A stretch of DNA of 36,653 nt, taken from positions 1-36,653 of the forward strand of contig JAHQVX010000039.1 of assembly GCA_019634125.1 (NCBI GenBank). The letters run 5' to 3'. Position numbers and translations under genes: made by a program. Below the pieces are notes generated by a model. The model was given only the letters and a program-made list of their open reading frames with translations. It searched no databases and was not told the origin of the DNA. Positions within the stretch are counted from its first letter, which is position 1, and each line of letters starts with the position of its first letter. Positions 9,310 through 18,470 of the stretch are shown here, piece by piece. The stretch comes from Saprospiraceae bacterium (GTDB taxonomy: Bacteria; Bacteroidota; Bacteroidia; Chitinophagales; JAHQVX01).

Positions 9310-11715
9310 ATGAATAGAAAGATTAAAAAAGTAGCAGTTCTGGGTTCCGGAGTAATGGGATCTCGAATTGCTTGCCACTTTGCCAACATTGGACTAGATG
9401 TACTCCTTTTGGATATTGTCCCTAGAGAACTCAATGAAAAAGAGCAAGCGAAAGGATTAAGTTTAGAACATCCAGCAGTTCGAAATCGAATTGTGAATGA
9501 TTCCTTAACATTCGCCCTGAAGTCAAACCCGTCTCCAATCTACGATAAAGCATTTGCAAAGCGTATTAAGACCGGAAACTTTGACGATGATTTTTCGAAA
9601 ATTAAAGATGCTGACTGGATCATTGAAGTTGTTATCGAACGTTTAGATATCAAACAACAAATTTTTGAGAAAGTAGATGCCCTTCGAAAGCCAGGCGCTC
9701 TAGTTACTTCTAACACATCCGGTATTCCTATCGCTATGATGAGCGAAGGAAGAAGCGATGATTTTCAAAAGCACTTCTGTGGAACCCACTTTTTTAATCC
9801 ACCGCGCTATTTGAAATTATTTGAGGTTATTCCTGGCCCAAAAACAGATCAATCGGTACTCGATTTCTTCATGCATTACGGCGATCTCTACTTAGGGAAA
9901 ACTACAGTATTATGTAAAGACACTCCTGCGTTTATTGCGAATAGAGTAGGAGTCTTCAGTATGATGGCTATCATGCACACCATGAATGAAATGGGACTTA
10001 CACCAAAGCAAGTAGATTCCTTAACTGGTCCACTTACTGGCCGTCCTAAATCAGCTACCTTCAGAACAGCCGATGTAGTAGGTATTGATACACTTGCTAA
10101 AGTAGCAAAAGGTGTGGCAGATAATTGCCCGAACGATGAATCCAAAGACTTATTTGTGCTTCCAGACTACATCCACAAAATGATTGAGAATAAGTGGTTG
10201 GGCAGCAAAACCAAACAAGGGTTCTTTAAGAAAGTAAAAGATGAAACTGGAAAGAGCCAAATCTTAGGTCTAGACCTCAACGATTTGGAATACAAACCAA
10301 TCGAGAAAACCAACTTCCCAACTGTCGCTATGGCTAAGCCAATCGACGACCTTAAGGAAAGGTTAGTAGCCATCAACAAAGGTCAAGATAAAGCAGCTGA
10401 GTTCTTGAAGAAAGTGAACATGTTGGTGTTCAAATATGTTAGCTTCAGAATCCCAGAAATCTCAGATGAACTCTATCGAATCGATGAGGCCATTAAAGCT
10501 GGATTTGGCTGGGAATTAGGTCCCTTCGAAATTTGGGATACCCTAGGAGTAGAGCGTATGACTGCTAAAATGAAAGAAGCAGGCCTTGCTCCAGCAGAAT
10601 GGGTAGATGCATTTTTAGCTGCAGGTCACTCCTCGTTCTATAAAACAGAGAATGGTCAGAAAGTGTACTACGATATTCCATCTAAAACCTATAAATCCAT
10701 TCCAGGTGCTGAGGCATTTATCATCTTAGATAACCTTAGAGAACAAGCGCCAGTATGGAAGAACTCTGGAACCATTCTACATGATATTGGAGATGGCGTT
10801 CTTAACCTTGAGTTTAGAACAAAAATGAATGCCATTGGTGGGGAAGTCATTGAAGGCATCAATAAATCCATCGAACTAGCTGAGCAAGAAGGTTGGAAAG
10901 GACTAGTGATTGGAAATGACGCAGCCAACTTCTCAGCAGGTGCGAACCTGGCTATGATCTTAATGACGGCAGCTGAACAAGAATATGATGAGTTAAACTT
11001 CATGATTAAGGCTTTCCAAGACACCATGATGCGTGTCCGGTACTCTTCCATTCCTGTAGTTACTGCTCCTCATGGGTTGGCACTTGGAGGCGGTTGCGAA
11101 ATGAGTATGCATGCCGATAAAGTACAAGCATCTGCAGAAACTTACACTGGGCTGGTTGAATTTGGAGTAGGACTTTTACCTGCTGGTGGTGGTACGAAAG
11201 AAACTACGAAACGAGTAGCCGAAAGCATTGGTGAAGGCGATGTGGTGATCAATAAGCTTCGAGAAGCTTTTGTAAATATCGCGACAGCCAAAGTAGCTAC
11301 TTCCGCTTATGAAGCCATGAATATGGGACTCTTTAGAAAAGGAATTGATGAAGTTACGCTGAACCAAGACCGCTTAATCGCAGATGCTAAAGCTTCTGTG
11401 CTGGAATTGTACAACGCTGGTTATACCATGCCAACACCTGCCATGGTGAAAGTGCAAGGTAGAAGTGCATTAGGGACATTGATGGTTGGTACACATGCTT
11501 TCCGCCTAGGAAATTATGCCAGTGACCACGATCGATTGATCGCTGATAAAATTGCTTATGTGATGTGTGGAGGTGATTTAACCATGCCACAAGAAGTTAG
11601 TGAGCAATACCTGTTGGATTTAGAACGTGAAGCGTTTTTAAGTCTTTGTGGAACACAAAAGACGTTAGAACGAATCCAGCACATGCTGCAAAAAGGGAAA
11701 CCATTAAGAAACTAA
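9310..11715 (+). CDS. fadN: 3-hydroxyacyl-CoA dehydrogenase / enoyl-CoA hydratase (FadN-type architecture)
   Basis: GSGVMG Rossmann motif, SNTSG and THFFNPPRY; C-terminal crotonase domain (FSAGANL, GGGCE, VEFGVGLLPAGGG). Confidence 0.92.
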   Translation: MNRKIKKVAVLGSGVMGSRIACHFANIGLDVLLLDIVPRELNEKEQAKGLSLEHPAVRNRIVNDSLTFALKSNPSPIYDKAFAKRIKTGNFDDDFSKIKDADWIIEVVIERLDIKQQIFEKVDALRKPGALVTSNTSGIPIAMMSEGRSDDFQKHFCGTHFFNPPRYLKLFEVIPGPKTDQSVLDFFMHYGDLYLGKTTVLCKDTPAFIANRVGVFSMMAIMHTMNEMGLTPKQVDSLTGPLTGRPKSATFRTADVVGIDTLAKVAKGVADNCPNDESKDLFVLPDYIHKMIENKWLGSKTKQGFFKKVKDETGKSQILGLDLNDLEYKPIEKTNFPTVAMAKPIDDLKERLVAINKGQDKAAEFLKKVNMLVFKYVSFRIPEISDELYRIDEAIKAGFGWELGPFEIWDTLGVERMTAKMKEAGLAPAEWVDAFLAAGHSSFYKTENGQKVYYDIPSKTYKSIPGAEAFIILDNLREQAPVWKNSGTILHDIGDGVLNLEFRTKMNAIGGEVIEGINKSIELAEQEGWKGLVIGNDAANFSAGANLAMILMTAAEQEYDELNFMIKAFQDTMMRVRYSSIPVVTAPHGLALGGGCEMSMHADKVQASAETYTGLVEFGVGLLPAGGGTKETTKRVAESIGEGDVVINKLREAFVNIATAKVATSAYEAMNMGLFRKGIDEVTLNQDRLIADAKASVLELYNAGYTMPTPAMVKVQGRSALGTLMVGTHAFRLGNYASDHDRLIADKIAYVMCGGDLTMPQEVSEQYLLDLEREAFLSLCGTQKTLERIQHMLQKGKPLRN

Positions 11716-11719
11716 AAAA

Positions 11720-12910
11720 ATGAACAACATGTCAAACGAAGCATATATAGTAGCAGGGTATCGGTCTGCTGTTGGAAAAGCAGGAAAAGGAAGTTTCCGG
11801 TTTTATCGTCCCGATGATCTTGGAGCAGATGTTATCCAATATTTATTAAGTAAAGTCCCAAACCTTGATCCAGAACGCATCGATGATGTTATTGTAGGAA
11901 ATGCGATGCCTGAGGCAGAGCAAGGTCTCCAAGTAGGGAAAATGATCGCCCTCAAAGCAGGTTTGCCAGAAAACGTTGCTGGTGTAACCGTAAATCGTTT
12001 TTGTGGTTCAGGCGTAGAGACTATTGCCATGGCTACCGCAAAGATTAAAGCCGGAATGGCAGATTGTATCATTGCAGGTGGCGCAGAAAGCATGAGCCTA
12101 GTGCCTATGAGTGGTTGGAGACCTATCCTGAATTATGAAATTGCCAAAGAACATCCAGAGTATTATTTAGGAATGGGTTTAACTGCGGAAGAAGTAGCTA
12201 GTGACTATAATATTTCTAGAGAAGATATGGATGAGTTCTCTTTTCAATCACACATGAAAGCCGCTAAAGCTATCGATGAAGGGAAATTCAAAAGCCAGAT
12301 CGTGCCGGTTGAAGTGGAAGAAGTATTTGTGAAAGACGGAAAACGTCAGACCAAAAAATATACGGTAGATACAGACGAAGGCGTACGAAGAAGTACAACT
12401 ACAGCTGCATTATCAAAACTTCGCCCAGTATTTAAAGTAGGTGGAACAGTTACAGCAGGAAATGCTTCTCAGACTTCGGATGGAGCCGCTTTCGTAATTG
12501 TTATGAGTGAGCGTATGGTGAAAGAGATGAATCTAGAGCCGATTGCTCGATTAGTAACTTGTACCTCTGTAGGTGTAGATCCAAGAGTAATGGGAATTGG
12601 TCCTGTTAAGGCGATTCCAAGAGCTTTAGAATTGGCTGGTCTTTCTTTGAACGATATAGAGCTATTTGAGTTAAACGAAGCCTTTGCTTCGCAAAGCCTT
12701 GCCGTGATCCGCACTGCCGGACTCAACCCAGATATCGTCAATGTGAACGGAGGCGCTATCGCCCTCGGACACCCACTTGGCTGTACTGGAGCAAAGCTCA
12801 CCGTACAGCTCATCAACGAAATGAAACTCCGTAACAACAAATACGGAATGGTTACTGCTTGTATCGGTGGCGGTCAAGGGATTGCCGCAATTATTGAAAA
12901 CCTGAATTGA
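11720..12910 (+). CDS. fadA: Acetyl-CoA C-acyltransferase (3-ketoacyl-CoA thiolase)
   Basis: VNRFCGSG, NEAFA, GHPLGCTG and CIGGGQG thiolase motifs. Confidence 0.95.
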   Translation: MNNMSNEAYIVAGYRSAVGKAGKGSFRFYRPDDLGADVIQYLLSKVPNLDPERIDDVIVGNAMPEAEQGLQVGKMIALKAGLPENVAGVTVNRFCGSGVETIAMATAKIKAGMADCIIAGGAESMSLVPMSGWRPILNYEIAKEHPEYYLGMGLTAEEVASDYNISREDMDEFSFQSHMKAAKAIDEGKFKSQIVPVEVEEVFVKDGKRQTKKYTVDTDEGVRRSTTTAALSKLRPVFKVGGTVTAGNASQTSDGAAFVIVMSERMVKEMNLEPIARLVTCTSVGVDPRVMGIGPVKAIPRALELAGLSLNDIELFELNEAFASQSLAVIRTAGLNPDIVNVNGGAIALGHPLGCTGAKLTVQLINEMKLRNNKYGMVTACIGGGQGIAAIIENLN

Positions 12911-12953
12911 GTAGCCATCAGCTAAAAAATAAACAAAAACTAACATCTAAATA

Positions 12954-14741
12954 ATGGAAACAACAATTGAGAAAAAAGCCGTCCTCAAAGGAGGAGAGTT
13001 CTTAGTGAAAGAATCAACGGCACACGACATCTTCACGCGAGAAGACCTTACAGAAGAACAACTCATGTTTGGCGATGCAACAAAGCAATTCGTAGACTCA
13101 CGCATCTTACCGAACGCTGAAGATATTGAAGAATTAAAAGAAGGATTAACGCCTTCATTACTCGAAGAACTAGGCGAGTTAGGCGTTTTAGGTGCCGGCC
13201 TTCCAATGGAATTCAACGGCCAAGGACTCGACTTCATTACCGACACTGTACTCTCTGAAGAGATCGGTAAATCTGGTTCCTTCGGCGTTTCTGTAGCTGC
13301 CCATACAGGAATTGGCACACTTCCAATTTACTATTACGGAACAGAAGCCCAAAAAGCAAAGTACCTTCCAGGTTTGGCAACAGGTCAACTCAAAGCCGCA
13401 TACTGTTTAACAGAGCCTAGCTCAGGTTCAGATGCCTTAGGCGCTAAATCAACCGCTGTGTTAGACGGGGATGAGTGGGTGATCAATGGCCAAAAAATGT
13501 GGATCACTAATGGAGGATTCGCAGATATTTTCATCGTTTTCGCACAAGTAGATGGCGATAAATTCACAGGATTTATTGTACCTGGCGACTTAGACGGGAT
13601 CACACGAAATGCAGAAGAAAAGAAATTAGGAATTAAAGGATCATCTACACGTCAGATCTTCTTCGAGAACGTTCGTGTCCCGAAAGACTACGTTTTAGGT
13701 GAAATTGGAAAAGGCCATAAAATTGCTTTCAACGTATTGAATATTGGCCGTTACAAGCTTTGTGCTATGGTAATGGGTGGAGCAAAACGTGCCATCGGTG
13801 TTTCTGCCAACTACACCAACGAAAGAAAGCAATTCGGGAAGAATTTACACGAATTCGGTGCCATCAAGCATAAATTGGCGGAAATGGCCATCAAAACATT
13901 TGCTACAGATAGCGCCACGTATAGAACAGCAGGCTACATCAACGACTTAATCCAACAGTTGTTAGAAGAGGGAAAAACGCCTGCAGAAGCGAAATTAATC
14001 GCTGCAGAAGAGTACAGCATTGAGTGTGCATTATTGAAAGTACTCGGTTCAGAAACCTTAGACTACGTAGTGGATGAGAATGTTCAAATCCACGGTGGAA
14101 TGGGCTATAGTGAGGAAGGTCATGCCGCTAGAGCGTACCGAGATTCTCGAATCAACCGAATCTTTGAAGGTACGAACGAAATCAACCGATTATTAAGCAT
14201 CGGAATGATGATGAAGAAAGGCATGAAAGGCGAGATTGACTTGCTTGGACCTGCTATGGCAGTTGGTAAGGAGTTGATGAGCGTACCAAGCTTTGGTAGT
14301 GGACCAGAAGGCTTTTTCGCAAAAGAAAAGCAAGCCATCGTGAATGCGAAGAAAGCAGGCTTATTAGTAGCTGGTGCAGCTGCACAGAAGTTTATGCAAC
14401 ACTTAGAAGAACAACAAGAAATCATGATGTACTTATCGGATATGTTAATCGACGTATTCGCTGCAGAAAGTACCTTGCTTCGTGTAGAGAAAATGGTAGC
14501 TGCCAAAGGCGAAGAGGCATGTGCATTGGAAATTGATATGGCACGTACTTACTTAGTAGATGCGTTAGATCGAATCAACTCCAACGGAAGAAGCGCAGTA
14601 GCTGGTTTTGCAGAAGGCGATGAGATGCGTATGATGTTAATGGGCTTGAAGCGATTCACTAAGTTTGAGCCGGTGAACACCATTGCAGCCCGCCGCAGAA
14701 TTGCTGACCACATCGTGGAGCAAAATGCTTATACTTTCTAG
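12954..14741 (+). CDS. Acyl-CoA dehydrogenase (long form with C-terminal domain)
   Basis: YCLTEPSSGSD, GQKMWITNG, ERKQFG, QIHGGMGY and RIFEGTNEIN motifs. Confidence 0.95.
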   Translation: METTIEKKAVLKGGEFLVKESTAHDIFTREDLTEEQLMFGDATKQFVDSRILPNAEDIEELKEGLTPSLLEELGELGVLGAGLPMEFNGQGLDFITDTVLSEEIGKSGSFGVSVAAHTGIGTLPIYYYGTEAQKAKYLPGLATGQLKAAYCLTEPSSGSDALGAKSTAVLDGDEWVINGQKMWITNGGFADIFIVFAQVDGDKFTGFIVPGDLDGITRNAEEKKLGIKGSSTRQIFFENVRVPKDYVLGEIGKGHKIAFNVLNIGRYKLCAMVMGGAKRAIGVSANYTNERKQFGKNLHEFGAIKHKLAEMAIKTFATDSATYRTAGYINDLIQQLLEEGKTPAEAKLIAAEEYSIECALLKVLGSETLDYVVDENVQIHGGMGYSEEGHAARAYRDSRINRIFEGTNEINRLLSIGMMMKKGMKGEIDLLGPAMAVGKELMSVPSFGSGPEGFFAKEKQAIVNAKKAGLLVAGAAAQKFMQHLEEQQEIMMYLSDMLIDVFAAESTLLRVEKMVAAKGEEACALEIDMARTYLVDALDRINSNGRSAVAGFAEGDEMRMMLMGLKRFTKFEPVNTIAARRRIADHIVEQNAYTF

Positions 14742-14777
14742 AACGCGTTTCTAGACGAAATAGACGTTAGATGTTAG

Positions 14778-14807
14778 AACCCCCTCGGCTTTGCCGAGGG
14801 GGTTTTC
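14778..14807 (+). terminator. Rho-independent terminator of the beta-oxidation operon
   Basis: 12-bp stem AACCCCCTCGGC-ttt-GCCGAGGGGGTT followed by TTC. Confidence 0.88.
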
Positions 14808-14835
14808 TAATTCTAAAAAAGTCTAACTTTCCCCT

Positions 14836-15777
14836 ATGAAATGGCTGAAACGTATTGCGAAAGTCTTGCTCGGACTCTTTATCTTTTTACTCGTCGCCAT
14901 CTTCATTCTTTTACATGCCATTCGGTTTTATCCTACACCTAAAAAGCTAGAAAAACAATTCACCAAGCAAGGCTTTGATGCGCCCAGTATGTCTATAATA
15001 GACACGGAAAATGGCGCACTCACTTACGTAGATAACCAAGTCAAGAGTGCAGCCCCAACTGTGGTTTTTATTCATGGCAGCCCGGGCAGTTCCCAAGATT
15101 TTCGCCTCTTTTTTCAAGATCCAGAGCTGGCCAACTTTCACCTCATTTCCGTCAACCGACTAGGCTATGGCAAAGAAGATTATGGCCAGAACGTAGTCGA
15201 TTTGAAACAACAAGCCGAGGCCATTGCGCAAGTGCTTTCTCAGCTTCCAGAAGATCGGCAAGTCATTTGGGTAGGGCATAGCTATGGCGGGGCTCCGGCT
15301 GCTATGTGTGCGGCCTTAAACCCAGAACAAACGGCTGGACTCATCCTCGCAGCTGCCCCAATGGATCCAGAACATGAACACATGTTCTGGTTCAATCCAC
15401 TCTTCAATTCAAAGCCCGTTCGCTTCTTTATGCCCAAAATGATCAACATGGCTAGCGATGAAAAAATGACCCATGAGGTGGAATTACGAAAGGTAGAAAG
15501 CTATTGGGCGAAAATTACATGCCCGATCACAGTACTCCAAGGCGATAAAGACTTTCTCTCCCCAATGGAAAATCTAGTTTATGCCCAGAAAATGTACGAG
15601 AACAGTGCTCAACTCATTACCAGGGAGCTAGAAGACCAAGATCATTTCTTCCCATTTAGCGGAAAACAAGTACTCAAGGAAACGATTTTGGATATGATTA
15701 GTCCGCCTGAGCTACCAAGTAATCCGAGTACGTCATTTGATTTTTTCCCCCTTCCCGAACCACAAGTGTCGTGCTAA
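14836..15777 (+). CDS. Membrane-anchored alpha/beta hydrolase
   Basis: N-terminal transmembrane segment, HGSPG oxyanion motif, GHSYGG nucleophile elbow, QGDKD acid and DHF histidine. Confidence 0.9.
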   Translation: MKWLKRIAKVLLGLFIFLLVAIFILLHAIRFYPTPKKLEKQFTKQGFDAPSMSIIDTENGALTYVDNQVKSAAPTVVFIHGSPGSSQDFRLFFQDPELANFHLISVNRLGYGKEDYGQNVVDLKQQAEAIAQVLSQLPEDRQVIWVGHSYGGAPAAMCAALNPEQTAGLILAAAPMDPEHEHMFWFNPLFNSKPVRFFMPKMINMASDEKMTHEVELRKVESYWAKITCPITVLQGDKDFLSPMENLVYAQKMYENSAQLITRELEDQDHFFPFSGKQVLKETILDMISPPELPSNPSTSFDFFPLPEPQVSC

Positions 15778-16378
15778 TGGTTTGAACCAACGGGTGATCC
15801 AAAACAATAGGCACTTCAAATGAGGTGTTTTGCATAAAGTCTAAGACCTTATTCGGTTGGTGCTTAGAAAGCCATTCCTCAAACTGTACTTGCTTCTGCC
15901 ATCGAATGTCTGCATTGTATAACGTGGAGGAAGATCGAATAAAAGGCTTCCATTCCAAAGATCGTATATACTTTCTCGTGCCATCCCATACCAGTTCTAG
16001 AATGCGTTGTGTTCCATTGTGCTGAATGAAGAGTTGGGTAAAAGGCTCCACACCGTCTAAGTGCACCTGCTCTAGAAATTCGTCGTGGCCAGAGAAATCT
16101 AAAACTTCAAGCATGATTTTCCCGCGGCTCCTATCGTAAGGTGGCTGGTGTTTGTGCTTTTCAAAACCTCCATTAAATAGGAAAACGGTTTCTTCATCAT
16201 TTGTGTACACCCAAGTCCCTCTTTTGGAACCATCAACAGGCATTACGACCGATCGTTTATTTCGCTTCGTAGTTTCAGGAGGGAGTGCCCGAGCTCTTTT
16301 CGGGCTTTCATCTCGATTATGGGCCAATACAAAATCATCGGAATGATTCGAGGTAGGAATGAAAACAATTGTACACAT
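15698..16378 (-). CDS. NRDE / TANGO2 family protein (Ntn-hydrolase-like fold)
   Basis: N-terminal MCT (Cys2), NRDE motif, GTW, SRG and EPFT. Confidence 0.92.
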   Translation of the reverse strand: MCTIVFIPTSNHSDDFVLAHNRDESPKRARALPPETTKRNKRSVVMPVDGSKRGTWVYTNDEETVFLFNGGFEKHKHQPPYDRSRGKIMLEVLDFSGHDEFLEQVHLDGVEPFTQLFIQHNGTQRILELVWDGTRKYIRSLEWKPFIRSSSTLYNADIRWQKQVQFEEWLSKHQPNKVLDFMQNTSFEVPIVLDHPLVQTISTTLVVREGGKNQMTYSDYLVAQAD

Positions 16379-16476
16379 GTAAGAAATAATCCGCTTTTGC
16401 TACTAACTGGATTAGCTGTTAATTGGAGACAATTTTACAGTTTTAATTTTCTATTTTTAGATTCTGGAACGAAATA

Positions 16477-16983
16477 ATGATAAAATCAACGCTACAAAAC
16501 ACTATCAATCAGCTGGATGAATTGGTGGAGCAATTGACGCCGGAAGATTATAAACGCAAAGAAGAGATGTTGTCTGGATCTTCTATAGGCATGCATGTTC
16601 GACACATCATTGAGTTTATTGAATGTGTACTTCAAGGCCAAGAGTCTGGAGTGATTTGCTACGATGATCGCCAACGTGATGAAATCCTTCAAACAGATAC
16701 CCAAGAGGCCTCTCGAAGAATGCGCATGTGCCATCGAGCCATTCAAACCTGCAACTCCAACCAAATTATTGACCTGGCAGGCAGTTATTGTGTAGAAAAT
16801 AGCAAGCCTTATTCAGTAAAGTCTTCCGTGGAGCGGGAGTTAGCCTATAATATTGAACATGCCATTCACCATATGGCCATCATAAAAATCGCGGTAAAGC
16901 AATTATTCCCTTATGTAACCATTCCGGCGCATTTTGGGGTAGCGCATTCTACTATTAGCTATGAAGCTTCTCAATCAGCTTAA
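16477..16983 (+). CDS. DinB/YfiT superfamily protein
   Basis: SIGMHVRHIIEF, YDDRQRD and EHAIHHMA metal-binding histidine pattern. Confidence 0.88.
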   Translation: MIKSTLQNTINQLDELVEQLTPEDYKRKEEMLSGSSIGMHVRHIIEFIECVLQGQESGVICYDDRQRDEILQTDTQEASRRMRMCHRAIQTCNSNQIIDLAGSYCVENSKPYSVKSSVERELAYNIEHAIHHMAIIKIAVKQLFPYVTIPAHFGVAHSTISYEASQSA

Positions 16984-17998
16984 AGTCATTCATCACCGCC
17001 TTACTCACGCAGAGTATTGGCCATTCTGGATCTTTTATGGTCCATTTATCCCGGTATTTTTATACTATGGCTTGCGGAATGGAAGTATTTTCCATTTCCT
17101 AGCTGTAAACCCAGGCATTAAGAACAGTGGTTGTTTTAACTTTTCCAAGTATTCAGTTATTGAACAACTTCCGCAACAGTATTTACCCAAAGGCATGTTA
17201 TTGTCTAAAGCAGAACGTCACTTATTTCAGCCTGAAAGGGAAGGATATTCGTATCCGTTCATTGTAAAGCCAGATCGAGGAAATCGAGGAAGGGGTGTGG
17301 AACTCGTTGAGAATGAAGAACAACTCCAAAAAGCTTTACAGAAGGACTACGATTTTATCATTCAAGAGTACATCGATTATCCCTTGGAATTTGGTGTTTT
17401 TTATTACCACAATTCAAAAACTGGGGAAAAGGGCATTACAGGAATTACGAGTAAAGACTTCCTTCAAATTGTAGGAGATGGCAAAAGTACTTTTGAGCAA
17501 CTTTTGCGAAAAAATCCCCGTTCTAAGCCGAATTTGGATCATTTTCAGCAAAAATTTGCTGAAAATTGGCATAAAATCCCCGAAAATGGCGAAAAAATCA
17601 TTGTGGAGGAAATTGGCAATCACAGTCGAGGAACCTGTTTCTTAGATGCAAGTTTTTTACAGAACACCGCTATTGAAGAACGCTTTTTTGATTTGGCCAG
17701 CCACATCGACGGCTTTTATTGGGGAAGGTTCGATGTAAAAGCAGCTACAAATGAAGATTTAGCCACTGGTGCGCATTTGAAGATCTTAGAAGTGAATGGC
17801 GGAAGTAGTGAACCTTCCCATATGTTTGATCCAGGCTATAAGTGGGTTGATATGGCGCGATTTATTCTTCAGCACCTGAAGCTACATTATGGAGTAGTAA
17901 AGGCCAACATTGATAATGGAGCCGATGTGCCTTCGTTTAAAACCTTCTACAAAGAAGTAAAGCAATACTTTTCATTGAAAGAAATGCAGATCACTTAG
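16961..17998 (+). CDS. ATP-grasp fold ligase of unknown substrate (D-Ala-D-Ala-ligase-like fold, not a true Ddl)
   Basis: PFIVKPDRGNRGRGV, IIQEYI, GRFDVK and LEVNG (ExN) motifs; hydrophobic EYWPFWIFYGP N-terminus; overlaps dinB by 23 nt. Confidence 0.85.
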   Translation: MKLLNQLKVIHHRLTHAEYWPFWIFYGPFIPVFLYYGLRNGSIFHFLAVNPGIKNSGCFNFSKYSVIEQLPQQYLPKGMLLSKAERHLFQPEREGYSYPFIVKPDRGNRGRGVELVENEEQLQKALQKDYDFIIQEYIDYPLEFGVFYYHNSKTGEKGITGITSKDFLQIVGDGKSTFEQLLRKNPRSKPNLDHFQQKFAENWHKIPENGEKIIVEEIGNHSRGTCFLDASFLQNTAIEERFFDLASHIDGFYWGRFDVKAATNEDLATGAHLKILEVNGGSSEPSHMFDPGYKWVDMARFILQHLKLHYGVVKANIDNGADVPSFKTFYKEVKQYFSLKEMQIT

Positions 17999-18001
17999 AC
18001 T

Positions 18002-18029
18002 TGTAAGGTCTAGGTTGTTCGGTTGTCTA
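18002..18029 (+). promoter_or_regulatory. Putative ECF-sigma promoter TGTAAG-N16-TGTCTA
   Basis: Same layout as 3227-3254; ends 18 nt upstream of the DoxX ATG. Confidence 0.45.
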
Positions 18030-18047
18030 TATCCAAAAAAATATCTC

Positions 18048-18431
18048 ATGAAAAATGCAGGAACCATCTTAGAATGGGTGTTAAGAATTGCTATCGCGGC
18101 TATTTTGTTACAAACTTTACCCTTTAAGTTCGGTGCTGATCCACAATCAGTCGAATTATTTACAAAGCTTGGCGCAGAACCCTTTGGAAGAATTGGAACG
18201 GGAGTCATTGAGTTAATTGCCTCGATTCTATTATTTATTCCACGAACAACTTGGGCCGGCGCAGGCTTGGCTTTAGGAACTATGTTAGGCGCAATCGTTG
18301 GCCACTTAACGGTATTGGGTGTAGATTATCCGGAGGGAAGTGGTTTGTTTTATATGGCGGTGGCCGTGTTCATAATGAGTGCTATCCTATTGTTTCGAAA
18401 TAAGGCGCACATCCCATTCTTGAAGAAGTAA
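18048..18431 (+). CDS. DoxX family membrane protein
   Basis: LRIAIAAILLQTLPFKF, GRIGTGVIELIAS and MLGAIVGHL; four hydrophobic segments; ATG at 18048 is preferred to the upstream TTG. Confidence 0.88.
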   Translation: MKNAGTILEWVLRIAIAAILLQTLPFKFGADPQSVELFTKLGAEPFGRIGTGVIELIASILLFIPRTTWAGAGLALGTMLGAIVGHLTVLGVDYPEGSGLFYMAVAVFIMSAILLFRNKAHIPFLKK

Positions 18432-18449
18432 GTCGGCTACTCGGATTCT

Positions 18450-18470
18450 TATTTAAATTTAGTTTAAATA
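18450..18470. promoter_or_regulatory. AT-rich palindrome, possible Fur-family box
   Basis: TATTTAAA-tttag-TTTAAATA upstream of the Cys-rich protein; a weaker related site TTTAGAATGAATCAA lies near 18492-18506. Confidence 0.4.

Noticed and set aside
178-14506. Many 60-165 aa antisense or alternate-frame ORFs over gltBD, the M16 genes, fadD and the fad operon
   Set aside because: They lie within or almost entirely within well-conserved genes and show no motifs or start context; typical shadow ORFs.
14738-14778. Short TAGA-containing repeats (CTAGACG, TAGACG, TTAGATG, TTAGA) before the terminator
   Set aside because: Only two to three degenerate heptamers; too short to call an array or element, and no spacers, so not CRISPR.
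16961-17998. Calling the ATP-grasp gene ddl
   Set aside because: It lacks the N-terminal GGxSxEHxVS motif and other Ddl hallmarks, and there is no cell-wall gene context.
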